This document shows, piece by piece, positions 13,678-27,146 of a stretch of 64,000 nucleotides of DNA. A program made the position numbers and the translations under genes. The notes under the pieces were generated by a model. It worked only from the letters and a program-made list of their open reading frames with translations. It was not told where the DNA came from and did no database searches. The stretch is from Octopus vulgaris. Its lineage: Eukaryota. The stretch spans positions 31,868,001-31,932,000 of the forward strand of contig OX597833.1 of the NCBI GenBank assembly GCA_951406725.2. Direction: 5' to 3'. Numbering within the stretch: position 1 is the first letter of the stretch; each line of letters begins with the position of its first letter.

Positions 13678-13989
13678 GGCATAGTTTCGGTTGTAGTAGC
13701 ACAGATTTCCGTCGATTTCCGTAAAAAACTTTTATTTTTTTACATAAGTAATGAGAGCGAAAGAGACTAAGAGGAAGCGATTTTACGACGAGAAGGTTTC
13801 ACTTTGAAGTCGGCCTGTGTGTGTTTGATGGGGTGTGGGAGACAGACAGTATGTTGTGTAAGTGAAGTGCTTCTGTTAGTATGTGTGAAGAGACAGACAT
13901 ACATATACACATACACCGAGTAAAAAATTACTATGAATCGGCCATACATACATACATACACACACATACATAGATACATACACACACAC

Positions 13990-14022
<33 letters not shown>

Positions 14023-14647
14023 TGCAGACATACATATACACATACACCGAGTAAAAAATTATGAATCGGCCATACATACATACATACACACACACACATA
14101 CATAGATACATACACACACACACATACATACATACACACACACATACTTACACACACACACATACATAGATACATACACACACACACACATACATGCATA
14201 CATACATATACACATACACCGAGTAAAAAATTACTATGAATCGGCCATACATACACACACACACATACATAGATACATACACACACACACATACATACAT
14301 ACATACACACACACATACTTACACACACACACATAGATACATACACACACACACACACATGCATACATACATATACACATACACCGAGTAAAAAATCAGT
14401 TATCTCTCTCTTTCACACATTACTCTCTCTGTCTCTTCGCACACACTAACAGAAGCACTTCACTTACACAACATACTGTCTGTCTCCCACACCCCATCAA
14501 ACACACACAGGCCGACTTCAAAGTGAAACCTTCTCGTCGTAAAATCGCTTCCTCTTAGTCTCTTTCGCTCTCATTACTTATGTAAAAAAATAAAAGTTTT
14601 TTACGGAAATCGACGGAAATCTGATCTACGACATGCGAAACTTCGCC
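13678..14647. mobile_element. Merlin-type MITE with ~200-bp TIRs and internal tandem repeats
   Basis: Perfect 8-bp TSD TATTTCTA (13670-77 / 14648-55); GGC...GCC termini; 13701-13880 nearly perfectly inverted at 14446-14623; four CATACACCGAGTAAAAAA units embedded in (CA/CATA)n. Confidence 0.85.
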
Positions 14648-14913
14648 TATTTCTATAGATAATACGATTTCGACTTGACTTTGATTTTGAGTGTGTTGTA
14701 TATTAGAAAACAGATTACGACGAAGGAAATCAGTTCATGAAATTTCAATTTCTCACCATGAAAACGAATAAGATGTCGCTCACCCTTCGGTACTTATTTT
14801 TATCTAGCTAACTCCCATTATCACTATTCGCAGTGCCACATATCGATAAAACATACAGTATATTGTTATATCTACTTAATGTTGAGATAGCGTGTGCTTA
14901 TAAAAGTGTAGGT

Positions 14914-16895
14914 CAGTGTTGCTAACTTAAAATCAGAATTTTATGCTAAATTTCAATGGAAAAAATACAAAAAAAAAAAAAAATGCTAAATATGACAAAA
15001 AGAATGCTGAAGACTAATTGTATGAAAAAGCTTAATTTTTATTTACTTTCTTCAATTTTATTCAGCAATAATTTTTTGAACTTCACTGATTTGATCACTT
15101 TCAGCTGCAGTGCCTGGGTCTTGACTTCTGTATACATTCAAAGTCCCAATCTTGTTAATATGTGTTTTGGAATATCGAAGTTTTTGCAACATTTGCCATA
15201 TCTTTTCAGGCCATATTATATAGACAGTATTGATCTAAGCATAGGAAGATGCATTTTCCTTTTCAATTTTGATTTGATTACACCCATACTACTGAACAAC
15301 CGTTCAACGTCTGCATTTGTGTTTAGCAATGTCAATAGATTAATGGCAAAATTTGCAACATCTCCAAAAGGATTTCCTCCAGTAGCATCTTTATATTCCA
15401 AGACTTCCAGCTAGAATCCCTCAGTATTAGACGTATTTGTCCATTCAACTAAACAAATGTTATTAAACTGAATTTCAATTGAAGCAATTTTTTCTTCATT
15501 TAAATGCATTGCTTCTAAGATAGGTAAAATTAGCTCTTTGAAATGCTGCAAAATATTCTCTACTGAAAAACATTTGATATTCCTCAGTATATTATTTCCT
15601 GGCAAACGGTGCTTGAGCTCTTCATAAAGGCAGAGTAAAAAATTTTGTGCTCTTTTGCAAATATTATTTTCTTTGGTGGCTGTTACAGTCTTCTTGATAA
15701 TCATTTCTGCTATCTTTCTCTTGAACCTGTAGCCTAAATTTGGTTTAGGATCCAGAAAGTTTTCAATAGAAGCATCTGGATCAAGAGGATCAATTCTACA
15801 TGTTGGCAATACTATCATATTAGCAACAGATTTGATCAAATTTGAAAGATCTTCAAGTAATTTTATTCAAACATTTTATTCAATTCCTGAACATGTTTTA
15901 GAATTGGATGCAAAAAATAAAAGGTAAAGTTCACTCCTAGAATCACAAAACATTTCATGTAACGTTTGTGCTGTAAAGCATTTTTCTTTTGTAGTTGTAG
16001 TTTGGAAGTGAGTTTGCAATTCAAACTATTGGCTTAAAATTCTATTTACTGTTGGTTCTATTGACAGCCACCTAGTTGTACAAGAATTCATGATCTTCAA
16101 AGGCTCTTTATCATTGATAGTAAGGTGAAGTTGTTTGTAGGCATTTTGTCTTGTTGAAGAGGACCATTTATAGGTTTCAGATACTAAAAATTCTAAATTT
16201 ATGGGCAAACATTCAGCACAAGTGTGGGATACTGCCAATTGTAAAGAATGACATACACATCTAAATAGAAGTAATGATGGAACTTCTTTTAATTTCTGGA
16301 AAACACCATTGTTAACTCCTATCATTACTCTAGTATTGTCAGTTCCTATAGCCAGTAAATTTTTTATATCTAATTTCTTTGTCACTAATTCAATTTTTAA
16401 TGCATCTGCAATGCCATCTGCATCATATGTTTCTAAAGATACCATACTGAGATATGTACCACTTTTTTGTGAGTGTCACTATAATATATGATAACAATTC
16501 CTAACAACTTGTTTATCCATATATCATTGGATTCATCTAAAAACAAGCTAAATTTTCTAAGCTAAATTTTCTATCTCCTATATCAGAAATCAAATCTCCA
16601 TCAAAATATGGAGCTAGAACATTTCTCACAATATTTGCACGTTTTGTACAATGCAACTTCACTTTGGATATAATATCACTATCAGACATATAATTCTTAC
16701 ATAACTCTATTAAGTGATCACAGCTATTAAATGATTAGTGGCAACAAATAAACATTGCTAAATTTGCTTCAAGCATAAATGTCTTATCATTTTTGGTTTT
16801 AATAAAATTGGTAAGAGGAATCATTTGCTTTGGAATTGATGCCTTATGTTTCTTTGCTTCACAGTGGCTTACTAAAAGAGACTATTTTGCCAACA
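14914..16895 (-). mobile_element. hAT-superfamily transposon relic (transposase pseudogene, one TIR)
   Basis: Terminus CAGTGTTGCTAAC at 14914; minus-strand fragments IGTDNT, RCVCHSLQLA, TRWLS, NADVERLFS (C-terminal dimerisation region). Confidence 0.85.
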
Positions 16896-16954
16896 TTCCT
16901 TGTTTCTTTCTGTGTTGCTTTCTGTGGAAAAGCGTATGCTCGAAACGTTAAAGT

Positions 16955-18697
16955 GACTGCAATGGACATGTTGGACAACATACAGGGGGCTTCCATGACA
17001 TACATGGAGGCTATGGTTTTGGTTCCTACAATAAGGAGGGAACCAGGCTGCTGGAGTTCTGCGATGCAAATGATCTTATGGTTCGCAATACTAGTCACCT
17101 AGTCACCTACTGCACTGGCAAACACACTAGCCAAATTGACAACGAAAAAGGGAAAGATGGCTGCTTATAAATGCCAAAACCTTCCCAGGTGAAGAATGTA
17201 CCTTCAACATAGACTGGTAGTTAGCACTTCAGGATCAGGGCTAAATGGATGCCCAGAAGATGACCAGCATGGAGGAGATGGGTCTGGAAGCTTAAAGATT
17301 CTGCAAATGGACAAAGATTTAGAGACATATTACTTGAAGTCTTTAATGAAATAGAAGGGGATATAGCTTCATACAATGTAGAAGACAACTGGAGGTTTCT
17401 ACAGGACAGCCTGCTGAGGGTCACTGACCAGATCTGTGGATGGTGCGAAGTCCCCTCTCGACCCAAAATAACGTGGTGGTGGAACAATGTTGTTGACAGG
17501 GCTATTACAGAAAAGAAACAGGCTTGGAAGGACTGGAAGAACAGTGGTAGCAGGGAATTGTATCAGACTGCCAGAAGGGAAGCTAGGAGACAGGTTTATT
17601 TAGCCAGAGGGAGAGCAGATAAGAAAAAATTTACCAATGTTCTGTGCCGTGAGGACCAAAGACTTGAGGTGTTTCATGATGTAGGAGAGAAATGTGTCCA
17701 CGTGGATGGTGGTTCACTTGCACTAAACGAGGCTGCAAAGAGAGGTTTGGAGACGCCACTATGAAAGGTTGCACAATAAAGAAAATAAACGGGAGTAAGA
17801 GAGTCTGCTGAATGTTGACTCAAAAGAGGGACCAGCTATCTGAATTGACAGTACCTTGGTAGATAAAGCAATTAAGAGTATGAAGACAGAGAAAGCTTCC
17901 AGCCCATCAGGAATCACTGCAGAGATGCTCAAAATATTTGGCGGTGTTGGCTGTAGCCTAGTCACCCGTATAGTTAACCAGGTGATACACGAAGGAGTCA
18001 TACCCAATTACTGGTGTAGCAGCACTATAGTCAACTGCTACAAAGGTAAAGGTGACGCTTTAGATACAAATAATTACAGAAGTATTAAGTCGTTGGATCA
18101 GGTAATGAAGGTCATGGAGAGGGTCATAGCCCAACGAATTAGGGAGAGAGTTAGTTTAGATGAGATGCAGCTTGGGTTCGTGCCAGGGAAAAGCACCACT
18201 GATGCTATATTTCTGGTAAGACAACTGCAGGAGAAATACCTAGCCAAAGATAAACCTCTGTACCTAGCTTTTGTTGACATAGAAAAAGCCTTTGACAGGG
18301 TCCCCCAATCCCTTATCTGGTGGTCAATGAGGAAACTAGGGATAGATGAATGGTTAGTGAGAGCTGTGCAAGCTATGTACAAGGACACTGTCAGTAAGGT
18401 GAGGGTTGGCAACAAGTACAGTGAAGAATTCCGGGTAGAGGTAGGGGTCCACCAAGGTTCAGTCCTCACCCCCACCTATTTATCATAGTCCTCCTGGCAA
18501 TAACAGAGGAATTGAAGACAGTATGCCCCTGGGAGCTGGTCTATGCTGATGACCTTGCTCTAATTGCTGAGTCACTATCAGAACTAGAGGAGAAGTTTCA
18601 GGTGTAGAAACAAGGATTAGAATCGAAGGGCCTTGGAGTCAACCTAGCTAAAACCAAAGTCCTAATAAGTAGGAAGGCAGACAAATCACAAACGCCT
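16955..18697 (+). mobile_element. RTE-clade LINE fragment (endonuclease end to RT)
   Basis: ORF 17856-18488 YKGKGD..NYR, QLGF, AFVDIEKAFDRV, GVHQGS; YADD at ~18542. Confidence 0.9.
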
Positions 18698-19451
18698 TAT
18701 CTATAATACATTAAAAGTCAGTTTGAATCTTGCTTGCTGACGCTTAATGGGAAAATACTATGAATTAAGTTTACCCTGAAATGTTAATACAAACAGAATA
18801 AAAGAAGTTACATGCAAATCAGACAAGTGGTTTCAGAGATATTAGAGGTTTCCGGGAATAAATACTCAAAACAGTGCATAATGGGAAAATATTCTGAAAA
18901 TAATCTTAAATCCTTTTTATTTAGAAATCTATAATGAACAGGTCAGATGCTAAACTGAAAAAATTCACAGGGTTACAACCTTAAAGTTGACACCGCTCTG
19001 CTAAATGCAAAAAAATTCTGTCACGCTATTGGCTAAAAACACCCAGTTTTTTCGATTTTTAATCCTCTGTAACATTTTTCTCCAATTTTTTTTCTCCACA
19101 ATATGTTACTTTCAAATCAATGAGATTGGAAGGCTACATTATTATAGCCAGTTTTCAGATGTTTTAATGCATATTTTGCAAATGCAAAAAAAACTAGATC
19201 CTGATTTCAAAAATGTAAGTTATTTTGTACAGTAAGTATTTATATCTTAGCCTTCATTTTTAATGTTTTTTTAAAAATTATTTTGAAGTGAATACCATTA
19301 CCATATTTTTTTTGGCATATTTAAAAAATATTTTAAAGTGAAAATGACTTTAAAAATACAGTAAATATTTTGTAAAAGACCCATTTGTAATCTCAGTGTG
19401 AAATAGTTTTTTCCATAGGTTTTTTGAGTGCATTCAATGTATTTCACCTCC

Positions 19452-19570
19452 AAAGATTTGGCCGCTATTTCTAGCACACCATGCTCCCACGTAACAGCTA
19501 TTTACAATAAAGAACCTGAAATACCTGTTACGTGGTAACAGGGCGTGCAAGAAATAGCAGCCAAATCTTT
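19452..19570. repeat. 119-bp imperfect palindrome containing the GAAATAGCAGCCAAAT motif
   Basis: aaagatttggccgctatttctagcac...ccacgtaacag pairs with ctgttacgtgg...gtgcaagaaatagcagccaaatcttt. Confidence 0.7.
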
Positions 19571-19964
19571 CCATTTCTGGGGAAAGGAGCTGCGTCTACA
19601 TGTGATTTCAATGTCACATTCATTGAAAGCATGCAAAATAGCCTGGAAAAGAAAAAAATCCACAAAACAAAACTCCATTGCTGGGAAACTCAGAGTTTCC
19701 TGGTGACCCAACAGGTCACAGGTAGTCTAGTTGTTGCATATTTATGAATTTATAAAATTAAATATTCATTATTTTCCTCAGCACAAAGTTACAAACTGTA
19801 ATTTGACTCGGATCTTGTTAAATTTCTTCTGATCATGAGTATTTCAAATTTTCACTAGATTATTTTCAAAAGATGTACTTGATTGGAATTATACTTTATT
19901 GCCCTTCCTCCTCTGTTGAAGGCTGAAAGTAAAAGTCCACTTCGATTTCTGGCAATGATTTTTT

Positions 19965-20125
19965 CTAATTTTGGCACAAGGCCAGCAATTTTGAGGGGAG
20001 GGGGAAGTCAGTTACATCAATACCAGTGTTTGATTGATACTTATTTTACCAATACTGAAAGTATGAAAGACAAAGTTGACTTCAACGGTACTTGAACTCA
20101 GAACGTAAAAAGCCAGAACAAATGC
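19965..20125 (-). mobile_element. SINE fragment (same family as 1077-1298)
   Basis: Reverse complement matches ...gttcaagtaccgttgaagtcaactttgtctttcat...aaattgctggccttgtgccaaaatt. Confidence 0.65.
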
Positions 20126-20759
20126 TGCCCACTTGCTGCCTTTAGATATCTAATAATAATGGCTGGTAATTACTTCCAAGCATGGTTCTGGCTGTAGTTA
20201 ATAAATTCACTCAGAGACACCAACTGCATAAAATACAAAAGAATGGGTGTTTCTATGCGAGTAATTCTTGGGGTATTTAAAATTACCACGGACTAAAGAA
20301 AAATATATAACTGAAGTCTTTAGAAAATTTATAGTAATGGTTGAATTCCTTGAAAATGTGTTATTCATTTATTTTGTTATATTTTGTGTGGTTCAGAAGC
20401 TTGCTTTGCAATCATGTGGTTTAGGGCTCAGACCCACTGTTATAACCTCGGATTGACCAATCCTTTGTGAATTAATTTAGTTGTAAGAAACTTTTCCATG
20501 CTTGCATAGGTCAGGCAGAATTTGTCAAAGCAGATTTTTAACAGCAGGGTGCCCTTCCTGCTTCAACAAATTCCATCTGACCCATGCAAGCATGGAAAGG
20601 TTTCTGTCAACCAAATTCATTCACTAGACATGTTCATGGAAGATTGGAAACAAACATCCTTGCTTGTATGGCAAGTTTTATTTATAACCATCACCTGATC
20701 TCTAGGCAAGAGTATGCCCATATGTACATACATACACGCATACATACACACACATACAT

Positions 20760-22430
20760 ACATCATCAAGATTTATCAACTGATGCAGACAGTCATTGGA
20801 GTGTCACTCTAAATACTTTCATAGTTGTCACCACTGGTATTTGTTCTCTGTCATGTGTTGTAGGTTTGCTGTGATGTGACCTGTCCAGTCCTTGATGTTG
20901 CCAAACCAAGATTTTCCCTATCTGCCTCTCTTTCACCCTCCCTCAATTGTACTCCGAAAAATGGTTTGGGGCAGTGGGGTTGTGTATGTACATGACTGTA
21001 CTAGGTAAGCTTTCATCTTTTTAGCTGCACAAGGAGTGGTTCTTGTCTGCCAGCTTATTTATTGACTTGCTACTTGGCAAAGCTATTTGCTTTGTGCTCT
21101 ATGTATAGGATGTGCCATCTGAAGCACTTGTGCTCAAATGCCTGTGTTCTTTGCTCCATGTCAGCTGTAAGAGTCCAGCTCTCACACACATACAGAAGGA
21201 TCAAAGTCAGCAGGGCCTTGTACACTCTGAGTCTTGCTGGAAAACTAATGGAATTACTTTTCCCTGTGTTGTTCAGCTTCATCACAGCAGCAGAGGCTAA
21301 ATTGAGTCTCGTTGTTATCTCCTTTTGAGATCTGCCATCCTTGGTCAGAGTGGATCCTAGCATGATGTTGGTTGCTGTGTTTTGGTTATTACTATTAACC
21401 AGGATCATTCACTTTGGGTGGGTGGGTGTTTGGGTGTAGTGTGGGAGGGGTGATCTCTATCCCATATACTCCTGATTACATTTTCCAGTCTAGTGGTGAG
21501 CTCCTGTAGTTCTGCTTCACTGCTTTGTAACAGGTCAATATCATCAGCAAAGTGCAGGTCAGAAATGGGCCATCCTCTAATGGAAATGGAGGAGTGAAAG
21601 TCTTCTAGTATCTCCTGCATGATGTTCTCCAGGAAGAGGTTGAAAAGCACTGGAGTGAGGATACATCCTTAACCAACACTCACTATTGTCTTCAAGATTT
21701 CCCAGATGTTGCTCAGGAGAACTGCATTGCTTGAGTTTTTATACAGTGCTTGGATTACTTTGATGAGGTTGTTGTCAAAGTTGTAATTCTTAATCACCTT
21801 CCACAACCCATCGTGCCAAAAACAGTCAAAGGCTTCTTTGAAGTCAGTGAAGTTTTGGTAGAAGTCATACTGGTGTTGAAGATATTTCTCAGTGAGAAGT
21901 CTAATGTTAAAAATCTGCTCCACAGTACTTCTTTGTGGTTTAAATCCTGTCTGTTCTTCTGCAAGGATTTCTTCTCTCCTTCCCTTTAAGTCTGTTTAGC
22001 AGAATTCTTAACAATACTTTGCTGCAGTAGCTAATTAGGCTGCTTTTTTTTTTATATTTCTGGTAGAATCTTAAGTTACTTTTCTTGGGAATGGGTATCA
22101 TCAGTAATTGGGTCCACTCCTTTGGCCATTGCTTCATCTCCCATATCTTCTGACAGGTAACTGTTAGTGCCTTGATAAGCATTGGCCATCCATGTTTTAA
22201 CATAAAGAAATTAAGAATATGAAGACAGCATTCCATTGTCCCAGTCGATTGGTCATATGCATTTGGGCCTACTTTGACATTCCAGTCTCCTAGGATAATG
22301 TGGGCATCTTTTTAGGAGTCACCTTGGTGATTTTCTCCAGGTCCTCATAGACTTCCTATATGACATCATCATCATATTCAAGCATTGGTGCATAGACTTG
22401 TAGGATGATAATATTCTGTGGTCTTGTGGC
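20760..22430 (-). mobile_element. RTE (BovB-like) LINE, decayed with internal deletions
   Basis: Minus-strand fragments IPIPKK, EQIFNIR, DFKEAFD, HFADDIDL, LLYVCESWTL; (CAT)n at the 3' end. Confidence 0.85.
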
Positions 22431-23081
22431 CTTTACCTCCTTTACCTCCTGTGGTCTTGTGGCCTTTACCTCCTTTATCGCTTCTTAGGTAGTGTGTGTA
22501 TTTTGTGGCCATGCGGGAGCACAACATTCTAGGTTTTAGTTGAATAAATTGACCTCAGTGCTTATTTTTTAAAGTCTGGTGGACGAAATCTGAAAGAATC
22601 CCTGTTTCAGAATCCTGACCTTTGATCAAGGATAATGGCAGTGGTCATTCTTCAGCAAAAGCAATATTTCCCTTGGAAACATTTCAACTCCTTTTAAAAA
22701 TGGTCTTAGTTTCCCTGAAATGCATTTTGCGAGAAAAATCAATAACTCTCAGAAATACTGTTGCTATAGAGATTCTGCATCTCATCGATCAATATTGCAT
22801 GTTCTGTTGCTATGGCTACCCTTAAATACAAAATGTGATAAATCATTGTCATCATCATCATCATCGTTATTATTATTTAATATCCGTATTCCATGCTGGG
22901 ATGGAATATAGATATTATTTATTATTAGCAGATGTGGTGATTTTGGTATTTTACCTCTTTCAGAATCTGAGATTACTAAGTATCTGTATCATGGTGGTAT
23001 TAGTGGTGGGGTGCAATGGCATTGCGTTGTGTATTGTTTTGTTGTGTGTATATATGTGTATGTATGTATGTGAGTGTGTAA

Positions 23082-23175
23082 TCTCTATATATAAAACTGA
23101 GAATGTGTGTCTGTCTGTGTGAATCCCTAAAACTTGAGAAATACACAACCAATTTCATTCAAATTTTACACATGC
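23082..23175 (+). mobile_element. Helitron 5' end fragment
   Basis: A|TCTCTATATATAAAACTGAGAATGTGTGTCTGTC..., identical start to the complete copy at 30750. Confidence 0.7.
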
Positions 23176-26100
23176 GCGGATTGTGACACAGATCATTCAC
23201 TAATAAGAAGTAGGGTGAGGATTCTGCCTAAAAAAGTTCATCACTCCAAGAAAATGGGCTGACCACGCATTAACACTGCCAGCACCTCAGACCCTACACT
23301 GCGACAATGTTTTGCTGTTTCTATTAAGGTTGCCCTCAGTAGCTGCCCAACCTCCTCTGCTGAAAGTAGGTGGAATTATATCAGGGAAGCTTGGTATACC
23401 ACATCAATAGATACTTTCGGCATGAGAGAAAGGCAAAACCCAGATTGGTTCAGTGCTGGGCTCTCAGAACTGGAAACAGTTATCGAAGTGACGCATGCAG
23501 CTCTGATGCAATACAAGAGTGATTATTCTACAAAGTCACTCGAAGAACTCAGAAAGGCTAGAAATAAAACCCAACTGACTGCCAGACGCTGTGCAAATAG
23601 GTATTGGCAGGAAATCTGTCAGAGTATCCAGTCAGCTGCTGACAGTGGCGACACCCGTGGGATGTATGCCAGTTTGAAGAAGACCCTTGGTCCATCCGCA
23701 ACCAAGTCAGCCCCATCTGAAATCAACTACTGGAGATCTAATCAAGGACCAAAGCAAGCAAATGGATGGAGTACTACCAGGATCTTTACTCACAGGAGAC
23801 CACAGTAGCTGAGGCTGCAATCGAGGGTGTCAAGATCTTGCCAGTCATGTGCGAACTTGACAGGCTGCCATCTATAGCAGAGCTCACCAAGGCTATTGAC
23901 TCCCTAGCAAGTAACAAGGCTCCGGGAAAAGACGGCATCCCCTTAGAGATCATCAAAACCGGCAAAAACACCATCCTGCTTCGGCACCTTCATGAGCTTC
24001 TGTGTCAGCACTGGGAAGAGGATACAGTCCCTCAGGATATACGGGATACTAACATCATTACGCTTTACAAAAACAAAGGTGACCGTGGTGATTGTAACAA
24101 TTACCGTGGAATATCTCTTCTAAGCACTGTTGGAAAGGCCTTTGCTCGCATTATCCTGTCCAGGTTACAACTGCTTGCTTCTTGAATTTATCCAGAATTG
24201 CAGTGTGGCTTTAGAAGAAGCAGATCAACTATTGACATGATATTCTCCATACGCCAACTTCAGGAGAAGTCCAGAGAGCAGAAAATGCCATTATATATGG
24301 CCTTCATTGATCTGACAAAGGCCTTTGACTTGGTAAGTAGAAAAGGCCTCTTCATCCTGCTCCAAAAAATCAGATGTCACCAAAGCTGCTGAGGATCATC
24401 AAATTTTCCCATGATGGTATGCAAAGCACCATACAGCACAATGGTTCAACATCAGTTGCCTTCCAAATGAAAAATGGGTTAAAGCAAGGTTGTGTCCTTG
24501 CTCCTACATTATTTGGCATCTTGTTCTCGCTGCTGTTGTCACATGCCTTTGAGACATCAGATGATGGAGTGTTTCTGCACAGTAGAAGTGATGGGAAACT
24601 GTTCAATCTCTCGCGTCTGCGTGCCAAGACCAAAATCAGAAGCGTCCTGATCAAGGAGATACTATTTGCTGATAATGCCACTCTGGTATCACACAGAAGA
24701 AGCCCTACAAAGGCTCATCAACTGTTTTGAGCAAGCATGTAGTGACTTTGGCTTAGTTATCAGCCCCAAGAAGACCAACATCATGGGTCAGGCTACATCG
24801 GACATCCCAAACATACATATTGGAGACCACAGACTACAGGAGGTGGAGAAGTTTACCTACGAGGGATGTTCAATAAGTAATGCCTCTGACCCACTTGCAG
24901 TTGTTTGATCTAGCTGAAATTTTGCATGTGCAATTATTTATATCTCTATAGAGTAAGTGGCAAATTACAGCTCTGAATTAATTGTGGTTTTTGATTTACA
25001 GGTGTTTGAACCGAGTCAAGTGTGAAATGGAGCCTGTTGAGTGTCGAGCAGTGATCCAGTTTTTGTATTTGAAAGGACGCACACCACGGGAGACTTTTGA
25101 TGAAATGAAAGTAACTTATGGTGATGATGCCCCATCATATGACCTTGTAAAACGCTGGCATCATGAATTCAAACATGGTCGGAACTCTGTGGAAACAGCT
25201 CCCAGATCTGGTCGCTCCCATTGATGAGGCATCTGTCCGTCAAGTTGAGGCTGCCATTTTGGAAGATCGACGCATAATTATTCGCCAAATAGCCCATGAG
25301 GTCAAGATTAGTACCGGGTCTGTGGAAACTATCATTCATGACTATTTGCATATGCAAAAGGTGTCTGCCAGATGGATTCCCAGGTTGCTCACGCCTTTCC
25401 AGAAGCAAGAACGCGTCGAGTGCTCGAGGGTGAATTTGGATATGTGCCAAGAAGATGAGTCAACATTTTTCAAAAGACTGATTACACAGGATGAAACCTG
25501 AGTCCATTACGATGATCCGGAGACCAAAGCCCAGTCAATGCAGTGGAAGCACCGTGATTCACCTCCTCCAAAGAAGGCAAGGGTGCAGCCCTCCGCTGGC
25601 AAGGTCATGCTCACAGTCTTCTGGGACCAGGACGGAGTAGTGATGACAGATTTCCTGACAAAGGGTACCACAATTGCAGGAGCCTATTATACTTCACTTT
25701 TGAGGAAATTAAGAGAAGTTATCAAAATCAAGAGGCGGGACAAGATCAGCAAATGCATCCTTCTCCTGCAGGACAACTCTCCGGTCCACAACTCGTGTGT
25801 CGCCAGATCAGAAGCACAGGCGTATGGCTATGAACTCCTCCCCATCCCCCCTACTTTCCTGACCTTGCACCCTCTGATTTTCACCTCTTCCCAATCATGA
25901 AGTTGTTTTTGAAAGGAAAGCGTTTCCCAGATGATGCAGCCTTGATTTCTGAAGTCACGTTGAGGTTGGAGGACCAAGCTGGGTTCTTCTACAAAAATGG
26001 TCTCCAGAGCCGCATCAAACGATGGGAGAAATGCGTAACTCTGGGTGGTTTCTATGTAGAAAAAGACTAATAACTGTGCCAAGTTTTGTTGCTCTACTGC

Positions 26101-26890
26101 TATGGGAAGTGGGTCAGGGGCATTACTTATTGAACGCCCCTCGTATCTTGGCTCTACCGTCACCTACAACCTATCCCTTGATGCTGAGCTCAATATATGC
26201 ATTGGCAAGGCAGCTGCTGTGATGGCCCAACTCTCCAAACGGGCATGGGACAACAATAAGCTGACCAAGACCACAAAAATGAAGATTTACCAGGCATGTG
26301 TACTTAGCACTCTACTGTATGGAAGTGAGACTTGGACACTGTACACACGCCAAGAGCGTCGCCTAAATATCTTTCACATGCGCTGCCTCCAGAAGATCCT
26401 TCGCATCAAATAGCAGAATCATGTCCCCAACAAAGATTTCCTCAAGCAAGCAGGAATACTAAGCATGTTTGCACTCCTCACACAAAGACGTATGCGATGG
26501 CTTGGATATGTTAGCTGTATGGAAGATGGCAGAATCCTCAAGGACATACTCAACGGAGAGCTTGCTAGGGGCACTAGGTCTATGGGAAGACCGGTCTTAT
26601 GATACAAGGATGTTTGCAAAAGGGACACGAATGCCTGCAACATCAATATTACCAACTGGGAAGCAGTTGCCAGCAACCGTGGAGATTGGCAACGTACTAT
26701 AAAAGAGGAAACACAAAGGAGTGACATAGAGAGGGAGAGGAGAAATGGAAAGACAAGAAAAGACGTCAACAAGAAACTATGACATTACAACCAGCCAGGC
26801 AAAGTCTTCACTACATTTGTAGCACCTGCCAGAGGGAGTGTTTGTCCAGGATAGGACTACACAGCCACAGTAGGAGATGTATTAGGACTT
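23176..26890 (+). mobile_element. RTE (BovB-like) LINE copy 1, interrupted by a mariner
   Basis: KAPGKDGIP, YKNKGDR..NYRGISLL, QCGFR, AFIDLTKAFDLV, LFADN, LLYGSETWT, C-terminal CxxC..H..C finger; ~95% similar by eye to 55073-57259. Confidence 0.92.
24860..26143 (+). mobile_element. Full-length mariner (DD34D, irritans/Himar-like), transposase disrupted
   Basis: ~37-bp TIR CGAGGG(AT/GC)GTTCAATAAGTAATGCC; TA TSD; transposase 25027-26070 with RSGR, WIPRLL, TQDET, QDNSPVH, PDLAPSDF. Confidence 0.95.
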
Positions 26891-27146
26891 CTTATTTTGT
26901 TCATGTGTTTACATCCACTTATTATTATCATTACATATGCTTGTATGTATGTATGTATAACAACAATACTAGTAATAATAAGAATAAATCGAATTTTTTT
27001 TTTATAATTTAAAAAAATATATTTTTAAATTTTTTTTTTTTTCGATTCGATTTATTCTTATTATTACTAGTATTGTTGTTATACATACATACAAGCATAT
27101 GTAATGATAATAATAAGTGGATGTAAACACATGAACAAAATAAGAA
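26889..27146. repeat. Near-perfect palindrome with ~105-bp arms
   Basis: 26889-26994 equals the reverse complement of 27045-27146 except one GTAT unit; A/T spacer. Confidence 0.9.

Noticed and set aside
13900-14400. Regularly spaced repeat CATACACCGAGTAAAAAA resembling a CRISPR array
   Set aside because: The spacers are CA/CATA microsatellite, the array lies inside a MITE, the context is eukaryotic and there are no cas genes
18981-19000. Possible second TIR of the hAT element (aaagttgacaccgct)
   Set aside because: Only a loose match to CAGTGTTGCTAAC and no 8-bp TSD found
18700-19440. Helitron-like start A|TCTATAATACATTAAAAG truncating the RTE
   Set aside because: No hairpin-CTAG end or second copy found, so boundaries are unsupported
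22415-22478. Short tandem duplication ctgtggtcttgtggcctttacctccttta
   Set aside because: Local slippage at an RTE truncation point; no wider pattern
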